Source: an uncultured Gammaproteobacteria bacterium (GTDB lineage: Bacteria; Patescibacteriota; Microgenomatia; CAYGWK01). From it: 64,000 nucleotides of DNA. The DNA lies in NCBI GenBank assembly GCA_964353785.1, contig CAYGWK010000003.1, forward strand, positions 17,303-81,302, read 5' to 3'. A program made the position numbers and the translations under genes. Below, piece by piece: positions 50,848 to 58,578 of the stretch (positions are counted from its first letter, which is position 1; each line of letters begins with the position of its first letter). Below the pieces are notes generated by a model that was not told the DNA's origin, did no database searches, and saw only the letters and a program-made list of their open reading frames with translations.

Positions 50848-51453
50848 TTATTTAACCGTGATCTCCATGAATTTAAAGATCGCAGATGTGATCTCCTCTG
50901 GGGTGTATTCATGCCGGTCGGTCAGACGCGGCAACCCCGAGACCTGGAGGATAATGATGCTATCTCCAGGATTCAAGGAAATCTGTGGGGGTGTCTCTGG
51001 GATTTCAACTTCAATCCTGTATTTAACCCTCAACGCGTCGATTGTGCTCTGATGCGAAGGGTTCAGACATACCTCCACGCCGGCAGAGATGGCCCTTTTG
51101 ACCTCTTCGATAGCCAAGTCTTCCTTGACCATCTCCACTTTCCCCGACGGCAACATTGAAGCGGAAAATGCAAGACCAAGGAAAGTTTTCGCCTGTTGAT
51201 TGAGGTGAATACGGTAAAGAGATCCACCTCCAAGATTGGGCCATCCTTCAGGGAGTTCCCTTTGGTCAAACTTCCGCCGACCTGCTTCTGGCAATTGGCG
51301 GCGAATTTGACGCTCAACCACTCGCTCAAACTCTTGCCCTGTGACTTGTCTTGGAACATGACCCCAAAACCATAGCGGGCCATATTCCCCATCGGGTAGT
51401 CTGTTTCTTCCTTCCCAACGGCCGGAACCTCCTCTAAGAACTTCGATCTCCAT
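50848..51453 (-). CDS. DUF1874/STIV-B116 (AcrIII-1/YddF-like) ring-nuclease homolog with an extra N-terminal domain
   Basis: Residues 89-201: KTFLGLAFSASML...SHQSTIDAL...QISLNPGDSIIILQV..PRL...YTPEEI...FMEITVK follow the family pattern YLxNAFSxNML...GHxST...IKLxxGDxxxVxQ..RL..EE. Confidence 0.65.
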   Translation of the reverse strand: MEIEVLRGGSGRWEGRNRLPDGEYGPLWFWGHVPRQVTGQEFERVVERQIRRQLPEAGRRKFDQRELPEGWPNLGGGSLYRIHLNQQAKTFLGLAFSASMLPSGKVEMVKEDLAIEEVKRAISAGVEVCLNPSHQSTIDALRVKYRIEVEIPETPPQISLNPGDSIIILQVSGLPRLTDRHEYTPEEITSAIFKFMEITVK

Positions 51454-51816
51454 CTTCCCTCTCCTTCAAAAATTTATTCTGCTTTTGAGAGCAGTTCTTT
51501 AGATACTTCCAGAGAAATACCCAAAGTGCTGCTCTCAAGCAGAACTTAAAGGAGAAATTTACTTTCCTGCTTATGTCAACGTGCTTCAAGCATCCTTCTC
51601 CTGCCTCATCAAGCAATAAAAAATGGGCAGAAGAAAAGAAGACTTGATTTTAAAATGTGGCAAAATTATAGCACAAAATCCTTAAGAAGTCAAGTCTATA
51701 GGATGAAATATAGATATTGAGAGATTGAGAAATTAAGATATTAAGTAATTAACTAAGTTTTGCTCGGAAATATCGCCTCACGCGAGGTTCAACCTCGTTC
51801 GTCTGGAAATATCCGC

Positions 51817-52998
51817 TCAGAATGGCAAGAGGGATTTGAGGTGGGCGACAAAGCCTGAAGAGGATAAAATTCTAACAATATCATTAATTGTTACCAAAAG
51901 AATTAAAAATAGCAAGAATACCATCCCGACAGTGTGGGCCCAGCGTTCAAATCGAGCATGAGAACGTTTGCCGGTAATTGCTTCAATTCCTAAAAACAAA
52001 AGTCTTCCCCCATCCAAAGCCGGTAAAGGCAAAATATTTATAACCGCCAAATTAACTGAAAGAATTCCCAAAAACTGCAAGACCGATAAAATTCCAGTTT
52101 TGGCTACGTAACCTGTTATCTGAAAAATCCCCACTGGTCCAGCCACATCTTTGGGAACAGTTCCGAATCTTATAAGTTGCCAAAGCATCGCCCCCAGGGC
52201 GCCAACAATCATTCCTGTCCAAGCAAAAGCTTCTTTAAATCCCTCAATCACTCCTTTGGGAATCATAAGCCACAGAGGATAAAATTTCATCTCTACTTGA
52301 GAAATGGCGACTCCCAAAGGTCCTTCTCCTTCTGGCGGCGCTTCTCTTGGAACAATTGTTAAAACCAAATTTTCTCCTTTGCAGGAAATCTCAAGTCCCG
52401 GCCAGGCGCCCAAAACGCCTTCTTTACAAGGATTTTCTTTTTCCCGGCTAATTTCCAAAGTCATCGGCTTGCCAGCATATTTTTGGGTAATCTCCACAAA
52501 ACTTTCAGTATTTTTAATTTCCTCCCCACCAGCCGAAAGAGCGATATCGTCTTCTTTAAGTCCCGCTTCTTGGGCCGGAGAACCAGGAGCAACACCAACA
52601 ATTGTTACCTTATCAGTCTTTGTTGGAATACCAAGTTTGGCGTAAATGGCGGAAAAAGCAAAAACCGCCAATAAAAAGTTCATTATGACACCTGAAACAA
52701 TTACTGCCAACCTGACCTTTTTTGATTTTTGCCAAAACATTCCCTCCTTGCCCTCCGAAGCCTTGGCGAAGGAGGGATCCGTGTCTTCCCCCGCTAATTT
52801 GACAAACCCGCCAATCGGCAAAGCGTTAAGAGAATAAACTGTTTCACCAATCTTTTTAGCAAAAATTCTTGGAGGAAGCCCAAAACCAAATTCCTCAACC
52901 CCAATTCCGGTTTTTTTTGCCAGCAAAAAATGCCCAAATTCATGGACAAAAACCAAAATAGAAAGAATAATTAAAAAAGTGATAATTGTTAAAAGCAT
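51817..52998 (-). CDS. rseP: RIP metalloprotease RseP (M50) with PDZ
   Basis: VHEFGH, PIGGFVKL, NILPLPALDGGR. Confidence 0.95.
   Translation of the reverse strand: MLLTIITFLIILSILVFVHEFGHFLLAKKTGIGVEEFGFGLPPRIFAKKIGETVYSLNALPIGGFVKLAGEDTDPSFAKASEGKEGMFWQKSKKVRLAVIVSGVIMNFLLAVFAFSAIYAKLGIPTKTDKVTIVGVAPGSPAQEAGLKEDDIALSAGGEEIKNTESFVEITQKYAGKPMTLEISREKENPCKEGVLGAWPGLEISCKGENLVLTIVPREAPPEGEGPLGVAISQVEMKFYPLWLMIPKGVIEGFKEAFAWTGMIVGALGAMLWQLIRFGTVPKDVAGPVGIFQITGYVAKTGILSVLQFLGILSVNLAVINILPLPALDGGRLLFLGIEAITGKRSHARFERWAHTVGMVFLLFLILLVTINDIVRILSSSGFVAHLKSLLPF
52747..52776. repeat. 30-bp REP-like hairpin in frame in rseP (PSFAKASEGK)
   Basis: CTTGCCCTCCGAAGCCTTGGCGAAGGAGGG; covaries with 14240-14269. 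Confidence 0.7.
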
Positions 52999-53000
52999 GG

Positions 53001-53561
53001 TTATACCGCCAGAAGCTCTGCTTCTTTCTTCTTCCCCATCTCTTCAATTTTTCCCACAAATTCATCAGTTTCTTTTTGTAAATCTTGCTCTAAACGAAAT
53101 TTTTCATCCTCATTTAGTTCTTTGGCTTCAAAAGCTCTTTTAATATCAATCATTTTGTCGTGGCGAATTTGCCTAATCATAATTTTGCCATTCTCAAGTT
53201 GCTGATGAAGAAGCTTGATAAACTCTTGGCGTCTTTCTTGCGATAAAGGCGGGATTTGAATTCTGACTATTTCTCCATCAATAATTGGGGTTAAACCAAC
53301 ATTGGCTTTCTCAATCCCCTGGCGGATTTCGCCAATAATTGAGACATCAAAAGGTTGAATGGTAACTCTCCCGGGGTCAGGAGTGGAGATGGTTCCAAGT
53401 TCGACCACTTTTAAATTCTGGGTTCCCCCATAAACTGAACAGACAATATTTTCAACTAAAGAAGGAGTGGCCCGACCGGTGTGAATTGAAGAAATTTCCG
53501 CTCGGACAATTTCAAGAGCCTTTTCCATCCTTGAAGAAATATCAGATAAATCAATTGCCAT
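53001..53561 (-). CDS. frr: Ribosome recycling factor
   Basis: IHTGRATPSL, IQPFD, PPLSQERR, IRQIRHD. Start trimmed to MAIDLS. Confidence 0.95.
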   Translation of the reverse strand: MAIDLSDISSRMEKALEIVRAEISSIHTGRATPSLVENIVCSVYGGTQNLKVVELGTISTPDPGRVTIQPFDVSIIGEIRQGIEKANVGLTPIIDGEIVRIQIPPLSQERRQEFIKLLHQQLENGKIMIRQIRHDKMIDIKRAFEAKELNEDEKFRLEQDLQKETDEFVGKIEEMGKKKEAELLAV

Positions 53562-53675
53562 AACTTTAGAAATTATATCACCAAGAGGAAAAATGGGCAA
53601 AAAAAGAGAGGGGGTTGCGACTTACATAGAGATTACGGTCTCTACCGCACAACCCCATCGGGCCTTCCTTTTATT

Positions 53676-54050
53676 TTATCTTCTTCCTCCTTTTGCTGTT
53701 TTTTTGCTGTTTTGGTCGCGTAGATTTTGGCAACCAATGCATGTCGTTGCCTCTGGTAGGGCCATTAACCGTCGAGGGTCGATTTCCCCACCGCAATCTT
53801 CGCAGATGCCATAGTTGCCGTTTTCGATCGCGTCTAGACCCGCTTCGCATTGAGCAATTGTGGTCATATCTGCCTGGAGTGTAGCGAACGCCATCGGATC
53901 TGAGCTAGGGACCAACCTGTCATCGGTGCTAACATGAACCTCGAGGGACGACTCGCCAACTCTCTTTGTTCTACTCCTGGCCAAAGCCAGCGTCTGCTCT
54001 ATTTGCTCTCTTGCTAAATCAGGAGAAACACCCCCGGGAGTGTCTGGCAT
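53676..54050 (-). CDS. Second TraR/DksA C4 zinc-finger protein
   Basis: YGICEDCGGEIDPRRLMALPEATTCIGCQ; AAGGAG SD. Confidence 0.85.
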   Translation of the reverse strand: MPDTPGGVSPDLAREQIEQTLALARSRTKRVGESSLEVHVSTDDRLVPSSDPMAFATLQADMTTIAQCEAGLDAIENGNYGICEDCGGEIDPRRLMALPEATTCIGCQNLRDQNSKKTAKGGRR

Positions 54051-54216
54051 TCTATGTTCTCCTTCTGCAGAATTTTGAGAGTGGACTAAATCCTAAATCC
54101 GCATCACCCCTTTCTCTTTACTTTTTAAAGGTCTGACAGAAACAGAGAGATTCTCTCGCTTTTGAAAGTTCCTCCTTTCTGTGTATTTTGGAAAGCCAAA
54201 GAAGATTATATCAGAA

Positions 54217-54681
54217 TTATTCTCCTAAAACAAATCTCTCAAGCCGAGAAATTTTGATATTTTCCCCAAATTGGGCGATTTTTTCTTTGAGTAAATCAGA
54301 AATTTTTTTAGTTTCATCCCGAATCCAGGACTGCTCCAGGAGTTCTTCGATATTTTTTGGGTTCATGGCCGCTACTTGCAAAGCCAGTTCATGAACAAAA
54401 TTTTTAAAATCCTCGTTCCTGGCGACAAAATCAGTCTCGCATAAAACCTCTACCAAAACTCCAATTTTCCCATCTGTATGAGTATAGGCTTCAACTAGTC
54501 CAGCCCCGACTTTTCTTTGCGATTTTTTATCCGCTTTTTCAAGCCCTTTTGCCTTAAGCCATTCTTTGGCTTTTTTCTCACTCCCTTCGTATTTTTCCAA
54601 AGCAATTCGGCACTCCATAATCGGAGCCCCAGTCTCCTCTCTTAGTTTTTTAACTTGGTCAATGGTTATTTTCGTTTGCAT
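54217..54681 (-). CDS. tsf: Elongation factor Ts (short form)
   Basis: VKKLREETGAPIMECR, CETDFVARN, GENIKISRLERF. Confidence 0.95.
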   Translation of the reverse strand: MQTKITIDQVKKLREETGAPIMECRIALEKYEGSEKKAKEWLKAKGLEKADKKSQRKVGAGLVEAYTHTDGKIGVLVEVLCETDFVARNEDFKNFVHELALQVAAMNPKNIEELLEQSWIRDETKKISDLLKEKIAQFGENIKISRLERFVLGE

Positions 54682-55340
54682 GCATCTCCTATTACTCCCA
54701 CAATCAGTTCAATTGATTTTTGGGCATCATCATTTCCAGGTATAACATAGTCTACCAAATCTGGGTCAGAATTGGTATCAACAATCCCGACTACTGGAAT
54801 TTCTTTTCGACTTGCTTCCTGAACTGCGCCGGCCTCGGTTTTAACATCAACCACAAAAAGAGCCTCGGGTAATTTCTCAAGAGAGGTTAGTCCACCAAAA
54901 AATTTCTCTAAACGAACAATCTCTCGGTCAATCAATAAATTTTCTTTTTTTGTATACTCTTTATATTTGCTTTCTTCCTTTTCTTTTTTCAAAGTTTCAA
55001 GTTTCTCAAGCGATTTTTGAATTTGCTCAAAATTCGTCAATGTTCCTCCAAGCCAACGTTCGGAAACATAGGGCATCCCTGCCTTTTTGGCGGTTTTTTC
55101 AATAATTTCTTTTGCTTGTCTTTTAGTGCCGACAAAAAGAATCTTTTTTCCTTGGCTCGCCGTAGCTTTAACAAAAGCGCAGGCGGCCTCTAGTCCTTCT
55201 TTGGTTTTTACCAAGTCAAAAATATGAATCCCTTCCCTGGCCTCAAAAATATAGGGCTTCATCTTCGGATTCCACCTAACAGTCTGGTGTCCAAAATGAC
55301 ACCCTGCTTCAAGAAGTTCTTTTAAGGTAATCTTTTTCAT
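54666..55340 (-). CDS. rpsB: 30S ribosomal protein S2
   Basis: LLEAGCHFGH, FVGTK, RWLGGTLTNF, DTNSDP, PGNDDA. Confidence 0.97.
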   Translation of the reverse strand: MKKITLKELLEAGCHFGHQTVRWNPKMKPYIFEAREGIHIFDLVKTKEGLEAACAFVKATASQGKKILFVGTKRQAKEIIEKTAKKAGMPYVSERWLGGTLTNFEQIQKSLEKLETLKKEKEESKYKEYTKKENLLIDREIVRLEKFFGGLTSLEKLPEALFVVDVKTEAGAVQEASRKEIPVVGIVDTNSDPDLVDYVIPGNDDAQKSIELIVGVIGDACKRK

Positions 55341-55356
55341 TTGAGACTACTCCTTT

Positions 55357-55405
55357 ATTCCGCCATCCGACCGAAGAACTCAAGGAGTCTGTCGGATGTG
55401 TGTAA
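55357..55405 (-). promoter_or_regulatory. Putative rpsB 5' leader hairpin (S2 autoregulation-like)
   Basis: ACACA-CATCCGAC...GTCGGATG stem between a TATAAT and the AAGGAG SD of rpsB. Confidence 0.5.
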
Positions 55406-55432
55406 TTTGAAAAATTATAACAAAACTTTATC

Positions 55433-55993
55433 TTAAAAGCAAGACAAAATTTTCTCGATTTCTTCTTTGAATTTTTCCACAAATTTTTCATCTTTGACTT
55501 GAGAAAGATTTATTCTGACATTTTCCAGGGCTCCATAAATTGCCGCGGTTGCCAGTTCAATTCCGCATCTGGCGTCAGAAACCGCGTTTTGATTTCCTTT
55601 GGCAGCCACAAATGAAGCCAGGCGCAAAACTTCAAGCGATTTTTTGGCCGTTTCCAGCGGAACTTCGGCGGCATTCTTTAGGGCTTCCTGTATCTTCTTG
55701 TTCCTTGTCTCTTGTTGCTCTTCCTCTTCTTTTGGTAATCGATAAGCCTTAACCACTTCATTGTATGCTTGACAATCTTTATCTGAAAGTTCTAATAATT
55801 CACTTCTTAATTTGTCTGCTTTTTGAGTGATTTTTGAAACCTCTAGGTTTTCTTTTGTTAATCTGGCAACTTTTCCAACCAAGGCCGCTCCCATTGCTCC
55901 CGCCAACGCCGCACTTGCTCCTCCGCCAGGTGTCGGCGCCTTTGAAGAAACTTCTTCTAAAAATTTCTTTATTTTTTGCTCTCGAATTATCAT
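55433..55993 (-). CDS. Formiminotetrahydrofolate cyclodeaminase / methenyl-THF cyclohydrolase family
   Basis: PTPGGGASAALAGAMGAAL, AAEVPLETA, GNQNAVSDA, NVRINL. Real start is MIIREQ; the ORF-track extension reads through element copy C. Confidence 0.92.
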   Translation of the reverse strand: MIIREQKIKKFLEEVSSKAPTPGGGASAALAGAMGAALVGKVARLTKENLEVSKITQKADKLRSELLELSDKDCQAYNEVVKAYRLPKEEEEQQETRNKKIQEALKNAAEVPLETAKKSLEVLRLASFVAAKGNQNAVSDARCGIELATAAIYGALENVRINLSQVKDEKFVEKFKEEIEKILSCF

Positions 55994-56021
55994 ATATTGA
56001 TATATGATGTCAGTAATGGAT

Positions 56022-56177
56022 GGCGAGGGAACAATTTTTGCGCAGGATTTATGTGGCAAGCCGCGACCCAACCGGAACACAACTTGAGTTTCAAATAACC
56101 TAGTCGCGAGCTGGTCCCGCACCAATTTTGGTGCGGGAGCCATCTCTAAATCCAAGCAATAAATTCGTTCCCGAGCC
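56022..56177 (+). mobile_element. Structured palindromic element, copy C
   Basis: GGCGAGGGAACAATTT...AAATTCGTTCCCGAGCC, between the formiminotransferase and cyclodeaminase genes. Confidence 0.8.
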
Positions 56178-56183
56178 AGCCTC

Positions 56184-57137
56184 CTAAAGTCTGTTTTCTA
56201 AGACCTGCTCGTTTTTAAAGTCAATTAATTGTAATTCTTCCAAATTTATTCCTCCCAAGGCTTTTTTTGGAACCATGCCATAGATTTCTGAACCCAAAAC
56301 CTTAACTCCTCTTTTCCCCGCTTCCTCTTTAATTTTTCGGAAAACTTTGTCCATATTTGTCTTCTCAAAATCACATAAATTCATGGAAACTTGAACATAG
56401 CCTTTATTGCGGAGCAACAAGCTCTGCTTATCTTTAATTTCAAAACCCAAAGCCTTAATCGCCGGAAAACCGCCATCTTTTTCCCGAACAATTTTGGCTA
56501 AATCTTTGGCAATTTGAACATCTTTGGTATCTAAATTAACATTGTAGGCAATTAAAAATTTCCTCGCCCCCACCACCATTGCTCCGGCTGTGGGATGCAT
56601 TTTTTGCGGACCAAAATCAGGTTTTCTTTCTGGATTTGTCTGGATTTCAGATTTTAGCCCCTCGTACTCGCCTCGTCTGACATCTGCCAAATTAACTCTA
56701 TCAGGTCTGGTGGCGGCCGCCTCATATAGGAAAACTGGAATTTTCAATTCCTGGCCAATTTTTTTTCCTAATCTTTTTGCCAATGCAACACACTCTTCCA
56801 TGGAAACTCCAGAAACTGGAATAAAGGGAACAACATCAGTGGCCCCAATCCGGGGATGCTCACCTTGATGTTTTTCCATATCAATCAAGCGAGTAGCCAC
56901 TTTTATCATTTCCCAAACTGCCTGGAAAACCATCTCTGGTTCACCAACAATTGTGGTTAGCATCCGGTTATGGTCAGGGTCTGACTCAATATCCAAAATC
57001 TTAACCCGCCTAAATATTCCGCCAGAATTTTTGGCGGGTGAACTTTTCCCAGTCCGGGCGGCATCAACAATGGCTTTAATTTTTTCTTTATCTCGTCCCT
57101 CGGAAAAATTTGGAACACACTCAATAATTTTTTCCAT
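56184..57137 (-). CDS. ftcD: Glutamate formiminotransferase
   Basis: IECVPNFSEGR, DPDHNR, GEHPRIGATDVVPFIP, GARKFLIAYNVNL, VQVSMNL; two palindromic insertions. Confidence 0.95.
   Translation of the reverse strand: MEKIIECVPNFSEGRDKEKIKAIVDAARTGKSSPAKNSGGIFRRVKILDIESDPDHNRMLTTIVGEPEMVFQAVWEMIKVATRLIDMEKHQGEHPRIGATDVVPFIPVSGVSMEECVALAKRLGKKIGQELKIPVFLYEAAATRPDRVNLADVRRGEYEGLKSEIQTNPERKPDFGPQKMHPTAGAMVVGARKFLIAYNVNLDTKDVQIAKDLAKIVREKDGGFPAIKALGFEIKDKQSLLLRNKGYVQVSMNLCDFEKTNMDKVFRKIKEEAGKRGVKVLGSEIYGMVPKKALGGINLEELQLIDFKNEQVLENRL
56404..56431 (-). mobile_element. 24-bp micro-element in frame in ftcD (KQSLLLRN)
   Basis: Reverse complement ATAAGCAGAGCTTGTTGCTCCGCAATAA. Confidence 0.8.
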
Positions 57138-57153
57138 ATTGGGATATTATATA

Positions 57154-57744
57154 TTATTCACCAAACCGAAGCGAACAATCCCCTTGAAGAAGCATTAAAA
57201 GCATAATGCCATAGTTGGCTAAATCCAAAGCGGTATCAGGAATTTTCTCATCTTGGACTTTTCTTTTGTACCGTTTTTTGGAAAGTTGAGTCAGTCTCAA
57301 ATATTTATCACCAATGCGAACAACGAGTCCTGGAATTCCCCAAAAAAGAAAGGCACTGCCGTAATCTGCATTCTTGCGAACAAACGTAAATCGCATCTCC
57401 CGTATTAAGCGCCCCAGCGATTTTTCGTCGGAAATGTTCAAAAGGCGTGGCTGAAAAAAATTAAGGTGAAAGTTAACAGTATTTAAGACCATCAGTTCGG
57501 CAGTTTTCCGAATTTCATTTCGCAGACTCTTTTCGTTTCGTACTTTTTGGGCCTTAACCAGGAGGTTCGCAAGCTCTAAATAATTCTCTCTAACATTTTT
57601 TAAGGGATCATCATGGTTAAAATAAAAAATTTGCTTTTTACTTTCAGAAAAAATCCGCTCGACTATCTCATCCCAACTTTCCCGATTCTTTTTTTGAGAA
57701 ATCTTAATCGTTTTCTTTATTTTCTTCATTTTCTTAGAGTTCAC
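57154..57744 (-). CDS. DUF1599/nucleotide-modification-associated (MazG-like all-alpha) domain protein
   Basis: RKNADYGSAF...GLVVRIGDKYLRL...DEKIPDTALDLANYGIM. Confidence 0.75.
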   Translation of the reverse strand: MNSKKMKKIKKTIKISQKKNRESWDEIVERIFSESKKQIFYFNHDDPLKNVRENYLELANLLVKAQKVRNEKSLRNEIRKTAELMVLNTVNFHLNFFQPRLLNISDEKSLGRLIREMRFTFVRKNADYGSAFLFWGIPGLVVRIGDKYLRLTQLSKKRYKRKVQDEKIPDTALDLANYGIMLLMLLQGDCSLRFGE

Positions 57745-57946
57745 AGATATTGATATCTTCAGGTTTCATTCCTGAGTTCAGCAGCTTGGCTGCTTTTTCT
57801 GCTTTCTCCGGATCATAGAAAAGTTGGTTACGCTCTCTAAAACTAACTATCCGCTCCCCATTATCGGTGTCAATAACGTGAGTATGTGTTTCAGTTTGTC
57901 CCTTTATGTGTCCCACTTGAAATCTCTCTCTTTCAATCTGTTTCAT
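57734..57946 (-). CDS. Small hypothetical protein
   Basis: 70 aa, overlaps both neighbours in the operon. Confidence 0.55.
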   Translation of the reverse strand: MKQIERERFQVGHIKGQTETHTHVIDTDNGERIVSFRERNQLFYDPEKAEKAAKLLNSGMKPEDINICEL

Positions 57947-58578
57947 TTTTTCATCCTCCTAAATTTTGAGTGGTTTTTGATGAGGGATAAAATTTCTTCG
58001 GTTATTTCCTCTTTTTTTCTTTCTCCATCTAAAACGGCAATCTGGGCCCACCAAAATTTTTGGGCTAGCCAATGATAAGTGTCCCAAGTTTGAGTTAAAT
58101 GTTCTTCTTCCTCAAAAAGTTCAACCCCTTTTCTCTCTTGTTTCAGACGCGCAAGGCAGACTTCTGGAGAAACCTCAATAAAAATGGTTAGGTCAGGCAA
58201 AATAAAATCACGATTTAACTCCAAAAGCCATTCTTTGGAAAGATAAACTGAACCAAAGGCAATGGAAGCCCAGGCATAGCGGTCAGTAATAACCATTTTT
58301 CCTTTTTCAAGTTTGGGAATAATTTCTTCATTTAAATGCCTTCCCCTATCGGCAGCAAAAAGTAACTGGACAGAAGCAGGCGGAAGGGAGTTCCATTGAC
58401 CCTCAAGGGCAGAGCGAACCAATTTTCCAATCGGTCCTTTAGTTGGTTCTTTAGTTAAATAGGGCTTGACGCCTTCTTTCTTTAAAACCTTTGCCACCAG
58501 TTTCACTTGAGTGCTTGCTCCTGAACCATCCAGCCCTTCAATATCCACAAAAAATCCCGAAAAATTGTGAATTTTCAT
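57943..58578 (-). CDS. tmk: Thymidylate kinase (variant P-loop)
   Basis: IEGLDGSGASTQ, TKEPT, LLFAADR, VITDRY, PDLTIFIEV. Confidence 0.9.
   Translation of the reverse strand: MKIHNFSGFFVDIEGLDGSGASTQVKLVAKVLKKEGVKPYLTKEPTKGPIGKLVRSALEGQWNSLPPASVQLLFAADRGRHLNEEIIPKLEKGKMVITDRYAWASIAFGSVYLSKEWLLELNRDFILPDLTIFIEVSPEVCLARLKQERKGVELFEEEEHLTQTWDTYHWLAQKFWWAQIAVLDGERKKEEITEEILSLIKNHSKFRRMKK

Noticed and set aside
54217-54681. tsf pseudogene because of its short length
   Set aside because: N- and C-terminal motifs are intact, and short EF-Ts forms are known.
55994-56155. N-terminal extension of the cyclodeaminase in the ORF track
   Set aside because: It is the antisense reading of element copy C; the family-like sequence starts at MIIREQ (55993).
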